The notes under the pieces were generated by a model. The model worked only from the letters and a program-made list of their open reading frames with translations, had not been told where the DNA came from and ran no database searches. Of a stretch of 64,000 nucleotides of DNA, positions 50,812-60,418 are shown in pieces. Source of the stretch: Trueperaceae bacterium (GTDB taxonomy: Bacteria; Deinococcota; Deinococci; Deinococcales; Trueperaceae); NCBI GenBank assembly GCA_965213925.1, contig OZ243927.1, forward strand, positions 3,136,001-3,200,000, written 5' to 3'. The translations under genes and the position numbers were made by a program. The first letter of the stretch is position 1; every line of letters starts with the position of its first letter.

Positions 50812-50952
50812 GACTTTCCCTCGTTTCTAATACCAGTTCGCATTTTGACATTTGAAAAGTCGCTCTATGAGCGTAAACTCTGATGCTCTAAACTGCGACA
50901 TTCGCTGGCTGAATCAGTATTAAAGGGTCGCTTAGCCCCAGCGACCCACAAG

Positions 50953-52254
50953 CTAACGCGCCTGCAGCGCTTCCTGGGCCGCTTGTGCGGCTGTCTCAAC
51001 ACCTTGTTCGGGCGTGACCCTATCTTCAACCGCCACCTGTTGGTAAACTCCCTGAACGGCAACCGCTACGGCCTCGGCACTCGAGGTCATCTGCGGCAAG
51101 ACGGCATTTTGGAGTGCTTGCACAAAGGGTTGCCGCGCCGGGTCTTGGAAGTAAGGGTCGTCCTGAAGGCTTTTGAGAACGGGTAAGTAGCCGAGTTCCG
51201 TGATAAAGCTCTTGTTATTCTCTTGCCCCATCAAGAATTTGGTAAATTCCCAGGCAAGGGTCTGTCTCTCGGGGTTAGTTTTGAGGATGACGAGGGCGCG
51301 CCCTCCATAGGTCGTGTAGGCGGTGTCGCCTTCGTTGGGTACGGGCACGGGCGCGACGCCCACATCCTCGCCGATCACCATCGGCTGACCGGCAGCCTCT
51401 CCGAGGTTAGGCTCCCACGAGTAGCCGTACTGAGGCCACATACCGATCTGGCGGCTAAAGAAATTGGTTTCCATCGTCGGCGGGGCGTACGCTTGCGCTT
51501 CCTGGTTGAAGGCGAAAAACTCGCTCATCTTGCATTCGGGTTTGTCGAACTCGATGCCGGTTCCGAGTCGGTTAAGCAGCTCACATGAGTCCTGGTTGGC
51601 GTTGAGGTACATAGGCTGTAACATGTTCCAGTACCAACCGCCCCACGCTAGAGCTTCGTTATAGAAAACCGTGCCGTAGACCTTTCGGTTGCCTGAACGT
51701 GCAGGCAGCGCCTGAACCGCTTCGGCGGCGTCTAAAAACGCTTGCCAGGTCGTGGGAGGTTGGTTGGGGTCGAGACCCGCCTCCTCTAAAAGCTCCTTGT
51801 TGTAGATCATCATGGTCACGTCAGCCCCGATAGGGATATAGTAAGTGTGACCGTAAAGGGGTTCGATCGCGTTGGAAACGACTTGATCGAGCAGCTCTTG
51901 CGCGCCTGGCAGCTCTTCTAAGGGCAGCACTACGTCTTGCGAAGCCAACCGGCCGATAGTGCTCCCTAGTGAGGTGATGAGCAGATCAGGCTGGTTACCC
52001 GCAGCGATGAGCGCTTCGAACGCGCCCCCCTCCGGCTCGGTTACGAAGTTGACGTTCACGTTCGGGTGCGCCTCCGTAAACGCCTGGGCGAGGGGCTGAA
52101 CGGTGCCGCGCATCGCGCCCTCAATAACAGAGACGCTCAGCGTCCCTGAGAGGTCGTCTTGCGCGTGCGCCGTCCCTACACCTACCCAAACACCGATTAA
52201 AAGCGCACTGATAGCCAAGCTTTGAGCGAGCGATGTTCTCATTTTTCCAGTCAT
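50953..52254 (-). CDS. Carbohydrate ABC transporter substrate-binding protein
   Basis: Signal peptide; YNKELLEEAGLDP..PTTW, AWEFTKFL, GYLPV. Confidence 0.9.
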   Translation of the reverse strand: MTGKMRTSLAQSLAISALLIGVWVGVGTAHAQDDLSGTLSVSVIEGAMRGTVQPLAQAFTEAHPNVNVNFVTEPEGGAFEALIAAGNQPDLLITSLGSTIGRLASQDVVLPLEELPGAQELLDQVVSNAIEPLYGHTYYIPIGADVTMMIYNKELLEEAGLDPNQPPTTWQAFLDAAEAVQALPARSGNRKVYGTVFYNEALAWGGWYWNMLQPMYLNANQDSCELLNRLGTGIEFDKPECKMSEFFAFNQEAQAYAPPTMETNFFSRQIGMWPQYGYSWEPNLGEAAGQPMVIGEDVGVAPVPVPNEGDTAYTTYGGRALVILKTNPERQTLAWEFTKFLMGQENNKSFITELGYLPVLKSLQDDPYFQDPARQPFVQALQNAVLPQMTSSAEAVAVAVQGVYQQVAVEDRVTPEQGVETAAQAAQEALQAR

Positions 52255-52391
52255 ATTCTTCTCCTAGCCTTTAGCGTTGGGGTCTTTAGCGTTAGACGCT
52301 TCAGCACTTAACAAGATGTGAAACCGACGTACGATTTTTTGAACGGTCACCTCTGCCCAAGGGGTCCTCCTTTCTGAAGCGGGTCAAGGCT

Positions 52392-53411
52392 CTAAGCAAC
52401 GCTCCCGCAGGAGCGTCTGATAACGAGTTCTGTAGGGAGTACAGTGCGCGTCGGCACCTGCGACTCTGCTGAGTTCGCCCTGCCGAGAACCGAGCTGGCG
52501 GCTCGGAAGCCGAGTTCATAGGTGGGTTGCCGGACGGTCGTGAGAGGTGGCGTTACGTAGCCAGCCATCGGAACGTCGTCAAACCCTACGACGGCGATGT
52601 CTTCGGGTACTCTGAGACCGCGCTCCCGAAGCGCCAAAATAGCGTCGACCGCCATCTGATCGTTGGCGGCGAAAACAGCCTCGGGTCGGGGCTCGAGCTC
52701 GAGCAACCTCAGCATGGCTTCGTAGCCGCTCCCTGGTAGATAGGTTCCACGGGCGATGTAAGCCTCCGGTAAGACCGACCCAGCCGCGAGCAGGGCGTCT
52801 TGTAAACCGCGCAGTCGCTCGGCGCTGTCAGGGGTAGCGTCACTCCCTGTGATGTAAGCAAAGTGCCGATGCCCTAAAGCGAGCAAATGGTCGGCTAACG
52901 CTTTCGCACCGCCATAGTTGTCCGTTAAAAAGCTTGCCGCTAGATCGCCCGCGTCTTGTTGAATAAAGGCGATAGGCAAGCGCTGGCGGGTAAATTGGCG
53001 CAAATCCGCGTCTGGAATTTTGATCCCTACGACTACCATCGCGTCGATACGCCTTTGGTTGACGAGCGGTTTATAGCAAGGCTCATCCGGCTGGGCCGCC
53101 TGACTCGCGACTAAGAGGTTATGACCGACAGCGGCAGCCGCTTCCTCGACACCGCGCACAATCCCCAGATAGAAGGGATCGCTAATCGTTGGAATAACGA
53201 AGCCTAAACTGTGAGTCTGCTGGGTGGCTAAACCCTTGGCCAAGGCGCTCGGCTGGTAGTTTAGTGCCTGAACGGCATCTAGCACACGCTGCCGCGTTGC
53301 AGGATGCACCCGGTTTAGACCATTGATAACGCGTGAAACAGTGCTGATAGAGACGCATGCGCGTTCGGCAACCTCGTCAATTGTTGCTCGTGAAGGCTCG
53401 AGTTGCTTCAT
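52392..53411 (-). CDS. LacI-family transcriptional regulator
   Basis: TIDEVAERACVSISTVSRVIN; RVPEDIAVVGFDD; PPLTTVRQP. Confidence 0.95.
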   Translation of the reverse strand: MKQLEPSRATIDEVAERACVSISTVSRVINGLNRVHPATRQRVLDAVQALNYQPSALAKGLATQQTHSLGFVIPTISDPFYLGIVRGVEEAAAAVGHNLLVASQAAQPDEPCYKPLVNQRRIDAMVVVGIKIPDADLRQFTRQRLPIAFIQQDAGDLAASFLTDNYGGAKALADHLLALGHRHFAYITGSDATPDSAERLRGLQDALLAAGSVLPEAYIARGTYLPGSGYEAMLRLLELEPRPEAVFAANDQMAVDAILALRERGLRVPEDIAVVGFDDVPMAGYVTPPLTTVRQPTYELGFRAASSVLGRANSAESQVPTRTVLPTELVIRRSCGSVA

Positions 53412-53442
53412 AAAGACCTCTCGCTTAATGCTCAGCTATGAC

Positions 53443-53488
53443 ATTGTAAAAGCGCTTTTACAATACCTTAAACAAAGTAAATTGTCAA
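53443..53488 (-). promoter_or_regulatory. Sigma70-type promoter with an overlapping LacI-type operator
   Basis: TTGACA (53488-53483), 17 bp, TATTGT (53465-53460); perfect 22-bp palindrome ATTGTAAAAGCGCTTTTACAAT at 53443-53464. Confidence 0.8.
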
Positions 53489-53892
53489 AAAAACGGTGAC
53501 TGACTCGGCAAGAGTGTAGAAACCCTGAAGGGTCTCTTCACCAACGCACTCAATTATTTCTCGATGCGGCTCAGGCTTCTGAATTCGGTGAGGCATGTAC
53601 GAGTACGCACGAACGCGCCGAAATTACCGCGAGCGAACTTTTGCCATGCATGACTGAGAAGATGAGGGTTTTGACCTTCTCGTTGAACTGTTGGGCACTA
53701 CCGGATACGGGCAAACCCGCGCGGCGCTCGAGCCGAGATTGGTCAGAGACTTAGCGTGGAGGAGCTTGCGCTGGCTATGGAGCTGCGTCAGGTCTGGCTC
53801 AAATGTCCGCATTACGGGTTCGTCCGCTAAGTTCCGTACTCTGCCCAACGTCGATTTGTTTCGTCGCTGATGTTCTTCAGACAGGAGAAGGT

Positions 53893-54500
53893 TTATAGAG
53901 CATTTACAAGATGAGATGCTGTGATGCTTGTCAAGCTTTTGAGGTAGTCGGGGTCGAAGTGGCGCTGGTGGACGAGGACACCGTACATGATCCTGAGAAG
54001 CTTCGCCATGCAAGCGACCACGGCAGCCTTTCTGTTCTTGCCCTTGTTTATTAAGCGCTCAAAGAAGCGCTTGAGCGTAGGGTTATAACGAATAGCGACC
54101 AAGCTGGGCATGTGCAGGAGGTGCCGCAGGCTACCGGAACCGAGCCGGGAAATCCTCGTGCGCCGGTTTACACTGCTACCTGACTCGAACAGAGCGGGTG
54201 TCAGACCCGCGTAGGCGACGAGCTTACTTGCGCTCGAAAAGCGACCCACGTCTCCTACCTCTGCTAGAAACAAACAGGCAGTTTTCGTGCCGATACTAGG
54301 AATGCTCGTCAGCAGCTCGAGTTCTTGAGGGTGCGTGTTCTCGGTTTCTCGCCCGAGCGCCTCTTCCAGCGCTTGCTTCTCAGCTTCGAGCGCCTCGATA
54401 CGACGTCTTAAAGAAGTCAGAACTTCTGGGTGGGTGAGTCCCTGCTCGGCGGCTTCGAGACGGTTGCGTAGGCGTGTGATGTCCTCCTGCAGAGCGCAGC
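53893..54500 (-). mobile_element. IS110-family transposase, 3' fragment
   Basis: RLRNRLEA..LLTSIPSIG..FLAEVG..AYAGLTP..ESGSS..ISRLG..ACMAKL; N-terminal DEDD domain absent; outward TTGACA near the end. Confidence 0.8.
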
Positions 54501-54519
54501 ACTCATAAGCTCAAGAATC

Positions 54520-55060
54520 TCAACCTCGCGCTTCGTCAGGTCTGACAAGCGCAGTGAGATGCCAGGTGCGCCCTTGTGCCTGCCAGACAAGGAGGAGGTC
54601 TATAACGCCGACCTCCTCGAGTACGACTTTGAGACGTTTGACGTAGCGCTTGAGCTTGGGATACCACCTCGCGCGACCAGGCAAGAAGCGCTCTGCTAGG
54701 TCTCTGACCCGTACCCGCTGAGCGCCAAATATAACTTTAGCGTTGGTTCTGAAACGTCCGACAAAGGGTAAGGGCAGATGCTTCAAGGAGCGAAGACCTA
54801 AACGTGTGGTGAACTCGGCGTCCACGACCACCTCTTTGAACTCGGCATTTGAAGTGGCGACGTCGCCTGCAACCGTGAGCAAAGCGCCCTGCGTAGCGGG
54901 TATGGCTTCAGTGGCGGTGAGCTTCGGGTACAAAGGCGTGCTCATGTGCCTACTCACGAAGGGGTCACAGCACTTCGGTGCGGTGTGGTGTGGGGTCTCG
55001 CGTTAGGAGCGTTCGTGAACAGCTAAAACTGTTGGTCGCCGAGAGTTACCAGAGCGGTCT
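54520..55060 (-). mobile_element. DDE transposase fragment (IS701/IS4-like)
   Basis: VVVDAEFTT..FVGRFRTNAKV; truncated at both ends; lies among other IS debris. Confidence 0.45.
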
Positions 55061-55194
55061 GCTCGACCCTCTTTGTTTCCTCTCCCTACTCGAGCGTTGA
55101 AATGGCTACCGAATTAACCTGTTTGCTCGAAACCGCATATGCACTTCACCTAAATATTGTGACGGTTGTAAGACACCTCACTTAAATGATAAAA

Positions 55195-55208
55195 TTAGGC
55201 ATGATTAA
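55195..55208. promoter_or_regulatory. Candidate DtxR/MntR box at the regulator gene
   Basis: TTAGGCATGATTAA immediately after the -10-like TAAAAT; similar to the site at 55912-55929. Confidence 0.5.
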
Positions 55209-55866
55209 AACAATGTCGCTATCAAACTCTGTCGGGGATTACCTGAAGGCGATTTGGATACTTGCCGAAGATGAGAGTGTTAGCACCAACGCCCTCGCCG
55301 AACACTTGGAGGTCACTGCCCCTTCGGTCACGGGGATGTTGGGCAAGCTAGCGAAGCTCGATCTCGTCACCTATGAGCGCTATCACGGCGCGAAGCTCAC
55401 GAAAACGGGGCGTTTGGAGGCACTACGTCTTCTCCGTCGCCACAGGCTCATCGAAACCTTTCTGATCGACTACCTCGATTACACCTGGGATGAGGTCCAC
55501 GCAGAGGCGGAGCTGATGGAACACACTATGACCGAGCGCTTCACTGAGCGTTTAGCAGAGAAGTTGGGACAGCCTACCTTCGATCCGCACGGCGACCCAA
55601 TCCCTACGGTGGAGGGGGTAGTGCCGCGGCAAGCAGGCAAACCCTTAGCGAGCCTCGAGGTGGGCGAGACCCTCACAATCAACCGCATTTTAAGCCAGGA
55701 GAGCGAAGTCCTGAGCTATCTTTTCAGCCTCGGCGTGAAACCCGGCGCGGTGCTCGAGATTAAAGGGAAAGAACCGTTCGGCAAGCTGTTTCATGTCACC
55801 GGTCAGGGGGGAAGCTTCGCCCTATCAGCGGACTTAGCGCAGCAGATTGAGGGTCAGGTGTCCTAG
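55201..55866 (+). CDS. mntR: DtxR/MntR-family metal-dependent repressor with FeoA-like C-terminal domain
   Basis: DYLKAIW, RRHRLIETFL, HAEAELMEH, DPHGDPIP; start ambiguous (55186, 55201 or 55213). Confidence 0.85.
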   Translation: MIKTMSLSNSVGDYLKAIWILAEDESVSTNALAEHLEVTAPSVTGMLGKLAKLDLVTYERYHGAKLTKTGRLEALRLLRRHRLIETFLIDYLDYTWDEVHAEAELMEHTMTERFTERLAEKLGQPTFDPHGDPIPTVEGVVPRQAGKPLASLEVGETLTINRILSQESEVLSYLFSLGVKPGAVLEIKGKEPFGKLFHVTGQGGSFALSADLAQQIEGQVS

Positions 55867-55883
55867 CGCAGCTGCGACTACGG

Positions 55884-55929
55884 TTGACAGTCAAGGCGTC
55901 CTACGTTATGATTTTAGGCAAGGCAAATA
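55884..55929 (+). promoter_or_regulatory. Promoter of the metal ABC operon with a candidate MntR box
   Basis: TTGACA (55884-55889), 17 bp, TATGAT (55907-55912), followed by TTTAGGCAAGGCAAATA. Confidence 0.7.
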
Positions 55930-55971
55930 ATTTCATTTGCTTCAATCATTTGGAGATTGAGGGATTATTAA

Positions 55972-56946
55972 ATGCAGAAGTTTTTTATAGCGTTGGTTGT
56001 TGTACTGAGTTTTGGCATGGGCGCTTTTGCCCAAGAACCTCTTAATGTCATTTCTACGGTTGGCATGTTGAACGACGTGGTGAAAAACGTTGGCGGGGAG
56101 TGCGTAGAGGCGACCGCGATTATGGGGGCGGGCGTCGACCCGCACCTATACCAGGCGAGCGCACAAGACGTGCGTCTCTTTCAAAATGCCGATGCAATTT
56201 TTTATTCGGGGTATGTCCTCGAGGGTCAGCTCGGTAACGTTTTAGAGCGCTTTGCTGAGCAAAAAACCACCGTCGCCGCCTCGCCCTCGTCGATTGATCC
56301 GGGCGACCTCATCACGGTGCAAGACATCTACGGCATCGACCCGCACCTGTGGATGGACCTGAGCTTGTGGGCAAAACTCGCCCCAACCGTCATGAACACG
56401 CTCAGCGAGCTGCGCCCCGACTGCGCCGAGCAGATGCAAGCTAATGTGGACAGCTATACCAATCAGCTCATGGCGCTGGACGGTTGGGTCGAGGAGAGCA
56501 TCGCCTCAATCCCCGAACAGCAGCGCATCTTAGTCACTGCCCACGACGCCTTTAACTACTACGGACGGGCTTACGGTATCGAAGTGGCAGGCATCCAAGG
56601 GATCAGCACCGAAGCCGAAGCTGCCGTCGCCGATATTCGCGGCACGGTTGATACCGTCGTCGAACGGCAAGTCCCCGCCATTTTCGTCGAGTCCACCATC
56701 AATCCGCGGACTGTCGAGTCGGTCAGACAGGCAGCGCAGGAGCGGGGTCAAGCGGTCGAAATTGGCGGACAGCTCTACTCCGACGCGATGGGGCAAGACG
56801 GCACGGCAGGCGGCACCTACATCGGGATGCTGTTTGAAAACACCAAAAACATCACGCAGGCACTCGGTGGCACGGTGCCACCTTTGCCCGAAGCGCTAAG
56901 CGCTTGGGCGGAGCAGTGGGGCGTCGAAGTGGCGCAAGCGCAGTAG
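55972..56946 (+). CDS. Mn/Zn/Fe ABC transporter substrate-binding protein (TroA-like)
   Basis: GVDPHLY, DPHLW, TAHDAFNY, LYSDAMG. Confidence 0.92.
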   Translation: MQKFFIALVVVLSFGMGAFAQEPLNVISTVGMLNDVVKNVGGECVEATAIMGAGVDPHLYQASAQDVRLFQNADAIFYSGYVLEGQLGNVLERFAEQKTTVAASPSSIDPGDLITVQDIYGIDPHLWMDLSLWAKLAPTVMNTLSELRPDCAEQMQANVDSYTNQLMALDGWVEESIASIPEQQRILVTAHDAFNYYGRAYGIEVAGIQGISTEAEAAVADIRGTVDTVVERQVPAIFVESTINPRTVESVRQAAQERGQAVEIGGQLYSDAMGQDGTAGGTYIGMLFENTKNITQALGGTVPPLPEALSAWAEQWGVEVAQAQ

Positions 56947-56962
56947 CAGACGGCTGAACTTC

Positions 56963-56995
56963 GGTAGCGGTGTGTTGTTGCGACACACCGCTACC
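56963..56995 (+). terminator. Intra-operon hairpin after the binding-protein gene
   Basis: GGTAGCGGTGTGT / ACACACCGCTACC stem. Confidence 0.5.
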
Positions 56996-57099
56996 CCTTG
57001 CGTTACGACTCACCTGGTTGAATTAACAGGGCAAATAGCTTGGGCAGCAGCTTTGAGGACCTATTTTAGTGAAACTATATAAAGGCTCGAAAGGAAACC

Positions 57100-57906
57100 A
57101 TGAACGAAACCCACGAACCCAACCTCGCAGTTCATGTCGAAGACTTAACTGTGAGCTATCACAGCAAGCCCGTATTGTGGGACATCGACTTGGACGTGCC
57201 GCCGGGCGTTCTCGCCGCCATCGTTGGACCTAACGGGGCGGGCAAAAGCACCCTCATCAAGACGATTCTAGGGCTTGTCAAGCCTGCGGCGGGTCACGTT
57301 TACATTCACGGGGGGTCTTACCGCGAGCAGCGCAGTAGGGTCGGCTATGTACCACAGCGCTCTTCGGTCGATTGGGACTTTCCAACTACTACCTTAGACG
57401 TGACGACGATGGGGCTTTACGGTCACTTGGGCTGGTTTCGGCGACCCGGCAAGAAGGAGCGCGAGCGGGCTTTAGGAGCTTTAGAGCTGGTCGGGATGCA
57501 AGACTTCGCCGACCGGCAAATCAGTCAACTCTCGGGGGGACAGCAGCAGCGCGTCTTTTTAGCGCGGGCACTGGTCCAAGATGCCGACGTGTACTTTTTA
57601 GACGAGCCGATGGCGGGCGTGGACGCCACCACAGAACGCGCCATCGTCAACCTGTTGCGCGAGTTGCGCGACCGGGGCAAAACCGTCATCGTGGTACATC
57701 ACGATTTACAAACCGTCACGAGTTACTTCGACTGGATGTTGATTTTGAACGTCCGAGCGGTGGCGCAAGGACCCGTCCGTGAGGTCTACACCGCCGAGAA
57801 CTTGCGCTCGGCTTATGGCGGACAGATCGCGCTACTCGGCGATAACCATTTCCCGGTGCAAGAACCGGCGCAAAAACCCGCATCTGAAAACCTCAAGGCG
57901 AACTGA
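57100..57906 (+). CDS. Metal ABC transporter ATP-binding protein (TroB-like)
   Basis: GPNGAGKS, YVPQRSSVDWDFP, LSGGQQQR, VVHHDL. Confidence 0.93.
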   Translation: MNETHEPNLAVHVEDLTVSYHSKPVLWDIDLDVPPGVLAAIVGPNGAGKSTLIKTILGLVKPAAGHVYIHGGSYREQRSRVGYVPQRSSVDWDFPTTTLDVTTMGLYGHLGWFRRPGKKERERALGALELVGMQDFADRQISQLSGGQQQRVFLARALVQDADVYFLDEPMAGVDATTERAIVNLLRELRDRGKTVIVVHHDLQTVTSYFDWMLILNVRAVAQGPVREVYTAENLRSAYGGQIALLGDNHFPVQEPAQKPASENLKAN

Positions 57907-59048
57907 TGGACGCCCTTCTCACCCTGTTTCAAGACTACACCATTCAGAACGTAGCCCTCGGCGCGGCGCTCTTGGGCATTAGCAGCGGGGTTTTGGGTTC
58001 CTTTGCGGTGCTGCGGCAGCAGAGTTTGTTGGGGGACACTATGTCCCACGCGGCGCTGCCGGGGGTGTGTCTGGGGTTTATCGTGGCGGGGTCGCGGCAG
58101 CTCGGCAGTATCTTGTTAGGGGCGCTGATTACGGGCACGTTGGCGGCACTTTTGATGCTGCTTTTAACGCGCCGCAGTCGCCTCAAAACCGACGCGGGGC
58201 TAGGGTCCGCGCTCAGCGTCTTTTTTGCGCTGGGTATCGTTTTGCTCACCTATATCCAGGGCACGGGCAACGCCTCTCAGGGCGGGCTGGACAGCTTTCT
58301 CTTTGGACAAGCCGCCGCTATTTTACGCAGTGACCTTTACGTTATGGGTGGGGTGACGCTCTTCGCGCTTTTGCTGGTGGCGGCGTTCTGGAAAGAGTTT
58401 AAGCTGGTCACGTTTGACCCCGGCTTTGCCGGGTCGCTGGGCTTTCCGGTCATCGCCCTCGAGATCGTCCTCACCGTGATGCTCGCGCTCGCCGTCGTGA
58501 TCGGTTTGCAGATGGTCGGGGTGGTGTTGATGGCGGCGATGGTGATTGCGCCCGCTGTGGCGGCGCGGCAGTGGAGCAAAAAGCTCGAGCAGATGGTGGT
58601 GCTGGCTGCCTTTATTGGCGCGGCGGGCGGCGTCTTCGGCAGTGTGCTAAGCGCCGTGCGGCGCGGGCTGGCGACGGGTCCTTTAATCGTCCTGAGCATC
58701 TCCGCGCTGGTCGTTCTCTCGCTGCTCTTCGCGCCGGAGCGCGGCTTGCTCTGGGAAGCCGCGCAGCACCTGCGCAACCGCCGTCGGCTACGCACGCAGC
58801 GCGTCCTCACCACGCTCTACAGCCTCTCACAGCGGCACGGCGACCCTCATTATAAGACCGAACAGGGGATGGTGAACGCTTACTACGGCGTCGGCACCGA
58901 AGCGATCCTGGGGCGGCTCGAGCGGCGCGGCTTCATCAAAAGCGTGCCGCACATGCCCGAGGAGGGTCCGCACTGGGAGCTTACCGCCGGGGGGCGCGCT
59001 GAAGCCGAACGCATTTTGGAGAACTTGAACCCGCAGGAGAACAGATGA
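57906..59048 (+). CDS. Metal ABC transporter permease (TroC-like) with a winged-helix-like C-terminal tail
   Basis: GDTMSHAALPG, FLFGQAA; soluble tail ending LERRGFI..WELTAGGRAEA. Confidence 0.88.
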   Translation: MDALLTLFQDYTIQNVALGAALLGISSGVLGSFAVLRQQSLLGDTMSHAALPGVCLGFIVAGSRQLGSILLGALITGTLAALLMLLLTRRSRLKTDAGLGSALSVFFALGIVLLTYIQGTGNASQGGLDSFLFGQAAAILRSDLYVMGGVTLFALLLVAAFWKEFKLVTFDPGFAGSLGFPVIALEIVLTVMLALAVVIGLQMVGVVLMAAMVIAPAVAARQWSKKLEQMVVLAAFIGAAGGVFGSVLSAVRRGLATGPLIVLSISALVVLSLLFAPERGLLWEAAQHLRNRRRLRTQRVLTTLYSLSQRHGDPHYKTEQGMVNAYYGVGTEAILGRLERRGFIKSVPHMPEEGPHWELTAGGRAEAERILENLNPQENR

Positions 59049-60184
59049 TAACAGATTTTTTCAACAATGTTCCGCTGATGATTATGCTCACGGGCGCGCT
59101 CGTTGGGATAGGCTCGAGTTTGCTCGGGGCGTTTCTGGTTTTGCGTAAAAACAGTATGCTCTCAGACGCGATCAGCCACTCGATCGTCTTTGGCATCGTG
59201 ATCGTGTGGATTTTAACCAAGCAGGAGAGCGGTCCCGTCCAGCTCCTGGGCGCGGCGCTGACCGGCGTCCTCACCGTGTTCTTGACCGAAATGTTGGTCA
59301 ACACCCGTAAGGTCAAAAACGACGCGGCCATCGGGCTGGTCTTTCCGGTGCTTTTTTCCATCGGGGTGCTGCTCTTAAACACCTACGCTCACAACGTCCA
59401 TATCGACCAGCACACGGTTCTTTTAGGCGAAATCGGCTTTGTCTGGCTCGACACCGTGCAGGTCGGTCCCTACAACATTCCGCAGTCGCTGCTGTCGCTC
59501 GGCGGGGTCACGCTCGTCAACTTTTTGTTCGTGATTTTCTTCTATAAAGAGCTAAAAATCTCGACCTTCGACGCGGGACTCGCCAAGGCGCTCGGTTTTG
59601 CGCCGGTGGCGCTCTTTTATGCGCTCTTGGGGCTCACCAGCGCAACCGCCGTGGCCGCTTTCGACGCTGTAGGCGCGGTGCTCTTTATCGCTTTTGCTAT
59701 TGTGCCCGCTTCGACCGCTTACCTGCTCACCGACAGGCTCTGGAAAATGATCCTCTACGGCTCATTAGTGTCTATAGCCTCGAGCATCAGCGGTTACTAC
59801 CTAGCCGTTTACTGGAACGTGTCTATCGGCGGGATGATGGCGGTCATGACCGGCGTCTTTTTGCTGCTAGCGTTTTTGTTCGGACCGCGCTACGGGCTTA
59901 TCGCCCAAGAACTGCGCCGCCGCGCCCAGCACCAGGCTAACGAGGGACGCGCCTTGGCGGTACACCTTTATAACCATGAAAGCGACCCAAGCCGCCTCGA
60001 GGAAAACGTGGTCAGCGCCCTTCAAGAACACTTGCGCTGGAGCCAGAAAAAGGCTCGTCAGGTCCTCCTAAGAAGCCTGGATCAAAACCTGCTGGTGCGT
60101 AGCGGCGACGTTTTACAGCTAACCCCCAAAGGGCGAGCGGTGGCACGTGAGATCGTAGAACCGTGGCAACAGAGTCGCCTTTGA
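59045..60184 (+). CDS. Metal ABC transporter permease (TroD-like) with a winged-helix-like C-terminal tail
   Basis: SDAISHS, VHID..VLLGE; soluble tail ending LDQNLL..LQLTPKGRAVA. Confidence 0.88.
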   Translation: MITDFFNNVPLMIMLTGALVGIGSSLLGAFLVLRKNSMLSDAISHSIVFGIVIVWILTKQESGPVQLLGAALTGVLTVFLTEMLVNTRKVKNDAAIGLVFPVLFSIGVLLLNTYAHNVHIDQHTVLLGEIGFVWLDTVQVGPYNIPQSLLSLGGVTLVNFLFVIFFYKELKISTFDAGLAKALGFAPVALFYALLGLTSATAVAAFDAVGAVLFIAFAIVPASTAYLLTDRLWKMILYGSLVSIASSISGYYLAVYWNVSIGGMMAVMTGVFLLLAFLFGPRYGLIAQELRRRAQHQANEGRALAVHLYNHESDPSRLEENVVSALQEHLRWSQKKARQVLLRSLDQNLLVRSGDVLQLTPKGRAVAREIVEPWQQSRL

Positions 60185-60255
60185 GGACAAATCTCGAGTG
60201 AAAGAAACAGTAGTTTTGTTTAGCCTTATAGAGCCCTAATCGGTAGCGAGAGGAC

Positions 60256-60294
60256 AAGCAACGTTAAGCTCATGTAAGCTCAACGTTGCTTTTT
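60256..60294 (+). terminator. Rho-independent terminator of the metal ABC operon
   Basis: AAGCAACGTT..AACGTTGCTT stem followed by a T-run. Confidence 0.65.
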
Positions 60295-60418
60295 ATTTGA
60301 CTTTAGGGTTCCGTAAAACACTAAGATTTTCTATAGGGGTTTTGAGGGAACCGAGCCCAGAAGCGATGTCAAGCTAGTATTAGCAGTTCCAAGACATACT
60401 GAGACGGAGCACCGCAGA

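Noticed and set aside
53590..54500. Intact IS110 bridge-RNA system
   Set aside because: The DEDD domain and left end are missing; DNA beyond the right end translates as a degraded plus-strand gene fragment rather than a structured RNA.
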